64,000 nucleotides of DNA from the NCBI GenBank assembly GCA_030704615.1, contig CM060732.1, forward strand, positions 8,990,001-9,054,000. Reading direction: 5' to 3'. Under the pieces are notes generated by a model. The model saw only the letters and a list, made by a program, of their open reading frames with translations, was not told the DNA's origin and made no database searches. Origin of the DNA: Takakia lepidozioides. Its lineage: Eukaryota; Plantae; Bryophyta. Both the position numbers and the translations under genes were made by a program. How positions within the stretch are numbered: the first letter of the stretch is position 1; each line of letters begins with the position of its first letter. This document shows positions 12,201-24,311 of the stretch, in pieces.

Positions 12201-15200
12201 CTTGTAGAGAGTACAGTGCAAACAGGGAAAAAAAGTTCAATTGTAGACTTTAGTTCGTGCTGTTCTCATGCCTGATGTAAGTATATGTGTGATCCTGTGG
12301 AATGAAAATTACCCATTTATATTAAATGAATGTGACATGTTATGGGCAGGCCCCGTGGCTCCTATGAATTATCTGGATTACCAAGTTTTATTTCTGAGTA
12401 ACAGGTCGTAATCGCATGGTCACTGATTTAACTAGGTGTAGTTGGTGTCAAGCAGGACAAGGTCACTAAGGATGATTTCCTTGGAGGCCTTATGTTTAAC
12501 TTGGCTGAGATTCCTCAACGCAAGCCTCCTGAAAGCCCAGTGGAACCACAATGGTATAAGCTGGAGGAGAAGGCTGGGAAGGGTAGAGTTAAAGGTAATT
12601 TTCCTTCACCTCAGTCATATAGTTGACCAGTTTCTTTGGTTTTCTGGAATGAAGGTGTCTACTGTGCATAACATCTATCTTTTGGTTGATATCTGAGTCC
12701 TTTCTAGTGGTAAATGGTTTTCTCAAGCAAGTCTGTCCCTTGTGTCTAAATTGGTCACTCATGTGAGTGGGTTGTCAAGTTTTCTTGCCTTTTTGACGCA
12801 AAGTCTTCTCAATGTTGACTTCCGGCTTTGATCTTTCAGGGGACATCATGCTTGCAATTTGGTGGGGTACCCAGGCAGATGAGGCGTTTCCCGAAGCTTG
12901 GCAGTCAGACACAGGCGGACTTTCTCATTTCCGCTCCAAGGTCTATTTGTCACCTAAGCTCTGGTATCTCCGAGTGAACATCATTGAAGCACAGGATCTA
13001 ATGGCTCATGAGAAGGGACGGTTGCCAGAACCGGTGTGATTTCTTCCCTTCCCTTTGGGTGTCTGCTTACATAGTTCTTTGGGGTGGTCTCATGTTTTGT
13101 TTTTGGATTTCCCTCTGTTTCGTCTCATGTGCCCCTCTCGGTTGCTATAAACTATATTAGTGTACATGCTCTTGCAATGCTGCCAATTTTTTGTCTGTAC
13201 CCATTACTCATCAGTGCCATAAGCATCTTTGAAGCAATATTGGTCTCATGTTCCTGGGAGGTTCCCAATATGATATTAAAGTTCCCCTACGACCTGACAC
13301 CTCATGTGTATGGAGACACATGCGGTTCGCCTGTTGTATATATTTATGAAAATGTTTATTGCCACACACATGTTTTGGAAACTACTATGCTCTTTTCTGA
13401 CGGAAATCTCTAAGCTTTTCTTGGACAGTTTCACTCAAGTTTTGGATTGATTTTTATTTCTTCAGTACGTGAAGGCACATGTGGGTCCTTATCAAACGTT
13501 ACGGTCAAGAATAGCTTCCATTAGGAGTGCAAGCCCCTTCTGGAATGAAGACCTTATGTTCGTTGCAGCGGAGCCTTTTGATGAACTGTTGCATCTTCTT
13601 GTTGAAGACAGGGTTGGAAACAAAGTAAGTGCCTCCTGCTTTTGTTGTACTTTCAATTCATGCTATTACTTGAACTACCACATAAAGAGGACTAAAGTCG
13701 TCTGTGAACTGCCTTGGCGACCTTAGTTTTAATTACATGTTGGCTATTGATCATTTCTGCTTACCTACAGGTGTCTCAATAGTTTTGAAGGAGTAGAAAT
13801 ACCATTTATTCTGACAGGCAGGATGTTGACTCTGAGTGCAAGTAGTTTCTATTTTTCCTGGCATGCAGGAGGAGCTTCTGGGTCAAGTGAGAATCCCCCT
13901 CAGCAGTATTGAGCGACGAATTGATGGTCGCCCTGTAGCATCAAGGTGATTGATGCTCTAAACAAGAACGCAATTCATCTCATTGCCAATGTTTGACATA
14001 CTGTAATCAGTTAGTTGCAAACCATAATGGAAAGCTGTTGCAATCATGGTGGTACGTGCTGGATAGAAGTACTCTATGCCATTCCCTGCGAATGTTGGCT
14101 TGCCATAGCCATATGGCCATTGACCCCGCGGGAGACTAACCCTCCCGGAGCCTTTCATGGGGTTCGCACCCACCAGGATTTAGCTTTATAAACTTATTTT
14201 CCCGCAACTGTCTTAAAGGCGCTGAGGCACTTGTCCAGATGCAAACTCGCAGCCCGGTTGCAGAGTTATTGATTCTAGTTTTACAGCACTACGTTTACCA
14301 CAGAAATCACATGCATGGGGAAGGTATTGTCACTCTGGGTTGTGTGCAGGTGGTATGTGCTGGATAGAGAGGGTGACAAAGGAATGTTTCGAGGCCGTAT
14401 TCACCTGCGACTTAGCTTTGATGGTGGCTACCATGTTATGGATGAGTCTTCAAATTACACTAGCTGCACACGTCCAACGGCAAAGCAGCTATGGAGACCT
14501 TCACTTGGTGTATTGGAGTTGGGTATCCATGGGGCCAATAACCTACTTCCTATGAAAACCACCAAGGACAATCGGGGCAGCACTGATGCGTACTGTGTTG
14601 CAAAATATGGGCCAAAGTGGGTACGAACTCGTACAATTTTTGAAAGCTTCAATCCTCGGTGGAATGAGCAGTATACATGGGAGGTTTATGATCCATGTAC
14701 GGTTCTCACAGTTGGTGTATTTGACAATCGGTATGTATTTGGCCTCCTCCTTCCTCCATCTGCCGGTTTGGGTCTAATCTCCATCATAATTGCTCCTCTT
14801 GCCTGAGCTGTCTTCCTTGCTTTAGGTGTTGGTCTGCAGCTTTGGCGTTCTTGCAATATAAGATGTAAGCAAGGTCATACCAGCCAAGTTGTAGGCTTGT
14901 GTGTTAATGACAAATCAGTATTTCCATGTGACAAAATTGTTAACAAAATGTCCTCAATCTTGCAGTCATACACACCACCTTTTGCCAGACAAGGCAGTTG
15001 GTGCAAAGGATCTTCCTGTTGGGAAAGTGCGTATCCGTCTTTCCACACTTGAGAGTGACCGAGTCTACACCAATGCATACCCATTACTGGTTTTCACGCC
15101 CCAGGGAGTAAAGAAGATGGGTGAGCTGGAGTTGGCAGTACGGCTTTCATGTGCCTCAACGTTGAATTTGATGCATGCTTACCTCGAGCCACAGTTGCCC

Positions 15201-16875
15201 AGAATGCACTATTTTTACCCTCTAGACCCGAAGCAATTGGAAAGTTTGCGGGTGGCTGCGATGAACATGGTGGCCTTGAGGCTTATGCGATCTGAGCCTC
15301 CGTTGCGGCAAGAGGTGGTGCAGTTCATTGCTGACACAGAGGCAGAGCGCTGGAGTATGCGCAGGAGCAAAGCCAATTATTATCGTATCTTGGTAATGGC
15401 TTAAGTTTCTGATTTCTTTTTGTGTTTCATACCTTAATATATTAACGAAGAGGTTTTAAAGTGCTGAAATTTTCTGAACGTTAAGCCATTCCTATCTGTC
15501 CTGGGCACTGACACAAGTGTGTTTCTTATCTAAAATTAGTTAACAGACACCACTTTCAACTTGCTCATCTGTATTAGGTCTTAACTGTTTGCTACAACTC
15601 CCTACAAGTCTTTTGGTGGATTTTGGACACCTAATTGTCAACCACGAACTTAACACACAAATTTGTATGCATGCAGGGTGTGCTGAGTGGCATTCGTGCT
15701 GTCATGGATGGGTTTTCAGACATTTGCAGTTGGAAGAGCCCAGTTACAACTGTGCTCGTCCACATTCTATTCTTGATTCTGGTGTGGTACCCAGAGCTCC
15801 TGTTGCCAACTGTCTTTCTGTACAGGTTTCTGATTGGAGCATGGAACTACCGCTTCCGGTCTCGAGCGCCTCCTTTCATGGATGCCAAACTTTCTCAAGG
15901 GGAGCAGATTGGTGATCTCGATGAGCTGGAGGAGGAATTCAACGTTGTGCCAGCCAATAGGGCTCAAGAGGTCAGGGACAACTCACCCTGCCCCATCCAA
16001 AGCTCTTCTCCAATTCCTTCAGTGACCCCTTCAATGTCACTGTGACATGAAGCTGTGACACTCGTTATCGTCCAATGGAACTTGTATGTTATTTTCTGAT
16101 GGACATCCTTGGCCTTGCAGCTGTGGGCATTGTGACCATAATTGATGTCCTGTCAGAGAGTGTCATGGGTTTTGATCTTTTCTTTTGATTTCTTCAGACG
16201 TCCAGGATGAGTTTGGAATACCGCATGAGATCTCTCCCAGGCTCTTGTCATTTTGTTGTGTGTGGGTTCTGTTCTTGAAAAGATATGTCCTGAGGTTCTG
16301 GCATCCATGTTAATGTTCACAAGTAGCTGAAAATTGTGCAGGTCCTAAAACATAGGTATGAACGGCTGCGGGGTGTGGCTGGAAGAATCCAGAATGCACT
16401 TGGTGATCTTGCCACCTTGGGAGAAAGGCTCCATGCTCTACTCACTTGGCGAGATCCCAGGTACGAATGACTTAGTCTCTTCGACGACACGATAACAACT
16501 TCTGCACTTCATTTTTTTAACAAGTTTAGGATTTTCTGTGTATGCTAAACTCGGTTGCACTTACACTGGGAAAGCTGTGCCCTCTGGAATGTCCTCCATT
16601 GATGTCCATGTATTTTACCAAGTAGGCCTCTGGGAGCTAAAAATAGAATGAAGAGCTAATAAATCTTTGGTTGTACATTACCACAGGGCCACTGCAATAT
16701 TTATCACCTTCTGTTTGGTATCGGCTATTGTTGTTGTAGTTTACGACCCTTCCAAGTGGTGGCGGTGTTGTTGGGTGTGTACATCTTGCGTCACCCGAGA
16801 ATCCGAGAGCCTTTGCCTGCTGTGCCCATGAACTTCTTTAAGAGGTTACCGTCGCAGTCAGACCGTATCCTATGA
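9232..16875 (+). CDS. MCTP: Multiple C2-domain and transmembrane region protein (MCTP; FTIP1/QUIRKY family), 14 exons
   Basis: Exons with GT-AG borders: 9232-9324, 9688-9759, 10169-10374, 11174-11489, 11737-11877, 12456-12594, 12840-13033, 13466-13624, 13869-13945, 14350-14730, 14966-15392, 15677-15970, 16342-16460, 16687-16875. Family motifs: LMPKDGQGSSNAYC, YDLVEQMTYLFVRVVRAR, GTQADEAFPEAWQSD, YCVAKYGPKWVRTRT, NPRWNEQYTWEVYDPCTVLTVGVFDN, WSMRRSKAN, RYERLRGVAGRIQ, WRDPRAT, NFFKRLPSQSDRIL*. There is one apparent +2 frameshift in the last exon. Confidence 0.95.
12066..12275. repeat. 105-bp direct tandem duplication in MCTP intron 5
   Basis: tgtagcttgagctggattagctctgaattac...tcatgcctga occurs at 12066 and again at 12171 with few substitutions. 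Confidence 0.9.
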
Positions 16876-17931
16876 GTCAACTTTTAATTTTAGCTCGATT
16901 GTTACTGGAAGTGCGGAACAGCTCGGTATCACCATACTTCATTTTGTAATATATTGTGTAGTTTTAGTTCATAATGGATTTACCTTTGTGAAGAAAGGTA
17001 CTCACACCACCCTCGGCTCTGTGGAAAGAGAGTGGGTGTGGAGTTTGTAAATTCTAAGTTAGGAAACAAACAGGCAGCCACATAATATGCCCGGGTATGC
17101 TGCGCCACATTCGTTAGAAACATATAACTCAAACAAATTGATTACAGCAGATTGTAGCTGCAACTACTACGATGCCAATCTTGGTTCACATAATTTTATT
17201 TTCTTACTATATGGTTGAGACTCTCTCTTCATGAGTGACACATTGTCTACATTTAATACTTGGTTTTTTGGTGATCTGAAGCTGAAGATGCATTGATCTA
17301 TTAACTCAATGGGAGATAAAGAAGAAAAGTCTAGGTATTTCTGTAGTTTCTAGACTGAGGAATACTTTGGGTGGAATACTGGGTGATCACATTGCTGCTT
17401 GCTTGGAGCTTTGTAGCTGTGCAGCTTCTTAGAGAGCCGAGATATTGGTTGTGAAGTTGTAATGAATGAATTCAAACAAGAAGCAGATCACAGCCGATTT
17501 CCCTTGATTGAAACTTGGGTTTACATATTCACTTTGTTGGGTGAACTTAGAAAACTTGAACTTATTGTCACAGGTTGATTGCTAACATCTAAACCCAGTG
17601 GGTGTATTTCAACACTAATATCTTGAAATGCTTAATGTGATGAAGTCTGAGGGCCTGCTCTGGCCACTTGCAGTTAGGCTCGACTTTGTTAAGAACATGT
17701 GAAGAGATATAGTTAGTCAATTGTGATTTGTGCTGGGAAACAATTCCTAACGTAAGGACTTAATGCACGCGGGCGATTTGATGGTACTTTTGTAAGATTC
17801 CGGCATTGCCAGCTCCTCTGGCAGGCCCCCTGTCAAATCCTCCCCACCCCTTATCCCGAACTCACTATTAAGTATTCAAAATGCAAAAGACTGCTCTGCA
17901 AAATGAGTAGTCTAAACATTTGCAGGTAATA

Positions 17932-18310
17932 TCATATCATCGACATCGGTCTCTTGTTGATCTCATTGATGAATTGACAGTTCGATGTTTGTAGCGTCGT
18001 TTGTGAGCGATTGACATTATTAGGGATAATAATATCATCAATATCTGTCTTAGCAATATTGTTGTGTACCTCAGCATCACAATTTCCAGCCCCGTCTTTA
18101 ATCTCTCCAAGTATCTGTGTTTTCGGCCACCGGATGACGGAATTGATGCACTCTTCCATTGTATCCAAAAACCCTTCATGAACTTTGGTCTTTGGTACCA
18201 ATATTTTTTTGATATAAACCGAAACTTTTGATTTTTTAATAAGAATTGTATGTAACACATGATTTGGCTCAAAACAAACCAGTAATCCTTTTGCAACGAT
18301 TACACCATCG
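17932..18310 (-). pseudogene. Possible CACTA/En-Spm accessory (Tnp1-like) ORF fragment
   Basis: AT-rich minus-strand frame IVAKGLLVC...VSVYIKKILVPKTK...TMEECINSVIRWP resembles the VAxG...VxV...IxWP pattern of En/Spm Tnp1-like domains. By-eye only. Confidence 0.35.
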
Positions 18311-19639
18311 GTACTTATTAATTCAACAAGCTTGATTCCGCAATCTGCACAAAAATGTAAACTTATCTATTAGTATCTTTTCATAGTAACAAGTTTTTAC
18401 AGATATTAAATTCATGCAACTTTCAGTTCAACAACTATAATTCTTTGAATTTTATTATTGTTATAAAAAGATAAAAGTAACATTTCATAAAGATAAATTT
18501 TCTTTAACGTCCAGTGAATTTACAGAGCCTACTGCTCAACACACATGCCATTGAGGGCCCAATGGACGGTCTGAAGGCACATGTTGAAGGATTGAACCCA
18601 GGATCACCTAGGTTATGCACAAGCAAGGCACAAACACCCAACCACTGGACTACCTGCTCAAGGATGTAGGGTGTTCATATTGTGTACACCAGGGCTTCGC
18701 GTTGCTCCGCACTACTAGCAACGAATTCTGAGAACTACATTCAATTTTCACAAAAAAGGTTGGGTTTCTGCATGGTGTTACATACACACATCCCATGTTT
18801 TCATTGTTTCGCGCAAGAAGAATGTATGTCCAGATATATGGGGAGAATTGAAGTTTTATGAGAAGATGAACATTTATTTCACTTCAAGATTCATTTGACC
18901 GGTGTAATGATTGTGGCTAATTTTGATACAACAAGCAGATTTGGATTTGGATTATCAATGTTGTTTATATGATATCTTTTTCAACTTCATTTTCAATTGG
19001 TTTAGTTTCAATTGGTTTAGTGCATAAGACTCCTTGGAAACAAACAGTGACCCGCTTGTAATGACATCAATTGGTGCCCGCTTCCTCTATTTTACAAGTC
19101 TGAATGACAAACGAATATGAAATGAGGATGAGGATGAAAGACTCTTCTTCTACCCGAGAACCTGAATAACATGCAGTAAGAAAATTCTTTTTTGGATCAC
19201 ATGAAGTGGAACCCGCTCCCCGTTCCCCATGGATCGATTTGTCCACCGACGTAATGAAAAATTTCCCTTAAATTTGACAAACGCGTGGAGTCCAAATGCT
19301 AACTGACAAAGGGTTTGACCTCCATCACGAGAGCTATAAGCTGAGGGAAGGTCGTATATGTGTGAAGAGTGACAGGAGTGGCAGGGGGTTGGCATGCCAT
19401 ACTACATGTGATATCAGGGGATCCCAACTTCGTTGCAATCGCACCTCATAGTCACAAGGTTGCATGACATTCTGCAATATTGTCCAACAAAGGTCCCAAC
19501 TGTCTTCTTAGGCACTGTTACCAAGCATTATCCCAAGCACACTTGTGAGAGAGTCAACTACCTTCATCAGGTTGATTGTCCAGATCCAAAAGTAAGGGTC
19601 GCAGATGCAACAAATCATGGAGCCATTTCAGCGGCAGGC

Positions 19640-19880
19640 ATCAAAAAGCCCTTTTCCAAGGCTGTAAGGCTGACACAGGCATTGCAAATGCAGACGAACG
19701 TGATGGTTGGGTTTGACCCCTTCCCGCATCATTTGCTTATAGTCTCCAATGCCTCCATCCCACCTCCATGCTGGGTAAAACCCTACGATCATCACATTCC
19801 AAGAGACTAAATTTCGCTCAACCATATTGTTGAACATTGCCTTTGATCCTTCATGCTCCCGCACTTGGCATACATGTCTA
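19640..19880 (-). pseudogene. PLS-class PPR gene fragment, frameshifted, abutting the Gypsy remnant
   Basis: MYAKCGS / MFNNMVERNLVSWNVMIVG...YKQMMREGVKPN. Confidence 0.8.
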
Positions 19881-22800
19881 CCAAAGTAGTGTCTAGAATG
19901 ATAGTTGGCACGATTCCAGTGGTAACCCCTGTAGTGGATACTCTTGTAGTAACCCGAACTCAGGCCAAGAAACATAAACCTCCAGATAAAGAGATTGAAG
20001 AAGAACGGAAACAATATCCAGAAAGTGCAGCATGGCAGGAGGAAAAGAGCTTACACCAGGAAGTAAATAAAACCATAGCTCAAATGCAAGAGGGAACCCA
20101 TATACCTTCTGGAGAGCCAACTCCAGATAAGCAAATCAGACCAACGGTGAAGACCATGAATACAACCACGGAAACAGAATTGGCCGAAGTAATCTGCCAG
20201 ACCAAGACCCAAATTACCATTGGACAATTATTAAAAATTGCTCCACACTACAAGAAAACTTTATTTCGGGCGATCGAGGCATTGACCCCCACACCAAAAC
20301 AAAAACCAACACCAGAGGTTTACACGATTAAACCCACAACTATATGACAAACTCCAGATTACGACGAAGCAGTACCCGTAATACAAGTACGTATTGGACG
20401 GAAGATGGTAACAAATGTACTCATCGATGGAGGATCAGAAGTGAATATCATGACAGAAAAGATGAAGAAGTCATTAGGATTGGGGCACATGGAACCTGCT
20501 CCATTCACGGTACGAATGGCTGATCAACGAAAAGTGCAGCCATTGGGGATCATCAGACGACTTGCAATGGAAGTAGCAGGACTGGTATACGAAATATCAG
20601 TAACCATTCTCAGAATGGAGGATGTGGCAGAGGGATATTCACTACTACTTGGCCGACCATGGTTAACACAAGCCCAATCACACCACGATTGGGGAAGTCA
20701 GACTCTCACAATAAAAAAAAGGGAGCAGAACAAGTCACCATCACGACGAAGCAACGAGGTACCATTCCATGAGAGAAACGACCTTGCATAGTGGAAGAAT
20801 ATGATTGGTCCAGTGGACTGTCGGATGAAGAAGAAGCCACAGTATACGCAGCACATCCACAGTTGGAACCTATTGGACAACTGGTGGTCAAGCATACCAC
20901 AACAGTAGGATGTCACATGGTGAACACCCAAGGAGAACCAAATACTTCGAGAACTGAAGATCCAGAGGAAGAAGCGATGGACACACCTCAACACCCGCCC
21001 GGTTCTATCAAGAAAGGGAAGAAGACATTCAAATCAGTGAAGTACCTGCCACAATTGCAACCATCGGACAAGAGATTGCAGGATGGACAGTAACGGAAGA
21101 AACTCAATTGATTCAAGTGAATCTGGGAACAGTGGAAGAACCACAGATAATACGAGTAAGTGCAGGTCTTGAAGAATCATTTCTACAAGAAGCCACCGCA
21201 TTATTCACTGAATACAAGGATGTATTTGCCTGGAACTACAAGAATTTGAAGGGTATACCTTCTGACATCTGTCAGCACCGAATTGAATTGGAAGTTGACA
21301 CAAAACCAATTCGTCAGAACCGTTACAGAATGAACCCCAACTATGCAGCTAAAGTTTGGGAAGAAATCAAGAAGTTATTGGATGCAGGATTCATATACCC
21401 AGTAGAGACACCAAAATGGTTATCGCCCATTGTGATAGTACCCAAGAAAAATGGAAAACTATGAGTGTGTGTGGACTACCGCAAGTTAAACGCAGGAACC
21501 AAGAAAGACCCTTTTCCACTACCTTTCACTGAAATAATGTTGGACACAGTGGCTGGACATGAAATGTACTCATTCATGGATGGGTTTAGTGGGTACAACC
21601 AGGTACAGTTGGCAGAAGCAGACCGAGAAAAGACCGCATTCATCACTGAATGGGGAGCATATGCTTACAAAGTCATGTCATTTGGACTTTGCAATGCATC
21701 AGCCACATTTCAACGAGCAGTATCTGAGATATTCAAGAACTATCTCAATGATTTTATGCAGGTATTTTTGGATGATTTCAGTGTCTAGGACAGAAATTCA
21801 AACATTTGGCACAGTTAAAACTTTGCCTACAAGCCTGCAGAAACAATGGAGTAAGTCTCAACCCGGAAAAATGTACATTCTGTGTGAATTCGGGATTATT
21901 ATTGGGACACATTGTGTGCCAACAAGGAATTCTGGTAGATCCAAAGAAAGTGGAGGTTATCTAGAAAATACCACCACCAGAAAATCCCAAGAAACTCAAG
22001 AGATTTCTGGGACATACAAGCTATTACAGAAGGTACATGGACAAATATGCTCACAGAGCGGCACCAGTCTATAGACTGCTGAAGCAAGATACCGAATATC
22101 GATGGTCTCCAGCTTGCCAGGAATCATTTGATTCACTAAAAAGGGCACTCACAGTAGCACCAATTCTGATAAATCCAAGATGGGATTTACCATTTCATGT
22201 ACACAGTGATGCATCAGGCATTGCTTTGGGAGCAGTTCTAGCTCAGAATGTGACAGGCACAATAGATTCACCAATCTATTATGCAAGCAGATTGTTGACA
22301 GCAGCAGAAAAGAACTATAGCACCACAGAAAGGGAAGCATTGGCAATGATTTATGTTGTTCAAAAAATTTGGCATTATTTACTTGGCAATCGCTTTAAAT
22401 TTATTGTTGATCATCAGGCTCTAGTTCATCTAGCAAATCGACCACTAGCTAGTGGCAGGGTTGCTCGATGGTTATTACTTCTTCATGAGTATGACTTTGA
22501 AGTTGTTCATAAACCAGGGAGATTACATGTTACAGTAGATCATCTATCAAGGATTACTGCAGGAGAACCAGCCACGGGGGTAGAGGATCAACTTCCTGAT
22601 GCATTTCTGTTTGTTGTTCAACTAGAAGCACCAGATAAAGAGACAGATCCTATAAATGCTCTGGGAATGTTTCAAGGAGACTATGACCTTCCAGATGCAC
22701 TCAAACTCATGGACGACACGGATGAAGATGAAGATTCATCCGATGAAGATGAACCTCTTGATGAAGGACTTATTATTAAAGAAGAGCTAGATCCACAAGA

Positions 22801-24311
22801 AGAAGATGACAAGGAAAACGAATAAACAAACAATCAAGAATTGGCCAATATCAGTATTGGAGCTTATACAGTCACCAAAGAAGAATCAGAAGATATTCAG
22901 GATCAAAATCAAGATGATTGGCAATGGCCAATCAAATACTATCTGAACACAGGGAAATTTCCTAAAGGTTACACCAAAGATGACAGGAGAAAGCTTTCAA
23001 TGAAAAGCAAGCCATACACATTAATCAAAGGGATTTTGTACAAAAGAGGAATTGACTCCATAATGAGAAGATGTGTAAACAAAGACCAAGCCAAAACAGT
23101 AATGCAAGAACTACACGAAGGAATTGCAGGTGGACACTTCAGTTCGGACCTGACAGCAAAGAAAATATTACTAGCAGGCTACTGGTGGCCTACTATATTT
23201 GGAGATACTTATGAACACTGTCAATAGTGTGATGTCTACCAGAGGATGGGACCAGTAGAACGAACGGGGAAAGGGACTCTGCACCCAATACTACCAACAG
23301 AACCATTTCAGCGCTGGGGGCTAGACTTCGTGGGACCCATTAAACCTCCAGCAAGGTACACACAAAACCAATACATCCTCACAGCCACTGACTACACTAC
23401 CAAATGGGTAGAGGCCAAGGCACTAAGAGACAACACTGCCAGATCAACAGCCAAATTCTTATATGAAAACATCATCACACGTTTTGGTTGCCCACTAGAA
23501 TTCGTCAGTGATCAAGGATCACACTTCATAAATGATGCTATAAAATGCTTGACGGAGGAGTTCATGATTGTACATCACAAGAGTACTGCTTACTATCCTC
23601 AAGGAAACGGTCAGGCCGAATCTACCAACAAAATATTATGCACTATCTTAACCAAGATAGTAAATGCAACTGGTGTATGGAGCAGAGGCACTATTACCCA
23701 TTGAATGTATGATACCCACACTACGAACCGGAACTCATGAACGATGGGGCTTAGAAGAATCATTACGAGTCAGGAAATATGAATTATTCCATCTGGAAGA
23801 AGTTCGAACAGATGCCGCAGATAATATGGCACGGATCCAGGAACAACGAAGGAAAAGAATATCCGAAGGGAAAGAGAAATCTTTCCAGGACGGGGATATT
23901 GTATTATGGTTACCAAAAATCAAGAAGATCAAACTGGGCGGAAAATTGAAAATGCCATGGATGGGACCATTTCAAATCAAAAGGGTACATTACAATGGAA
24001 CTGTTGATTTGCAAACCTTGGAACAAGAATTCGTGGGACGAATTAATATTAACAAGTTAAAAGGCTACCAGGGAATACATGACAAAACCCTTATACATGA
24101 TTTATACGCCAACGAGAAAGATCAAACTGAAGAGGAGGAGCGCGAAACCACCAATGCCTACTACATTCATCACGACACGGTGAATCAGCATGTACTAAGA
24201 CAAGTGGCAACACGAATTCAGGGCACCACGACGGCTAGACCACCATTTATCTGGAGGACAACATTACCACCCCGTATACCGTATGGTGAAAGAGGGAGGT
24301 CCTTTATGTGA
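19880..24311 (+). mobile_element. Degenerate Ty3/Gypsy LTR-retrotransposon gag-end/pol (PR-RT-RNaseH-IN), with multiple stops and frameshifts
   Basis: Protease VLIDGGSEVN and LLLGRPWL (20405-20700). RT WLSPIVIVPKKNGKL, CVDYRKLN, DGFSGYNQ, FGLCNA, FLDDF (21108-21790). RNase H HSDASGIALGAVL, NYSTTEREALA (22037-). Integrase [38 protein letters not shown] (22841-24070). The RT-RH-IN order is Gypsy. Confidence 0.95.
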
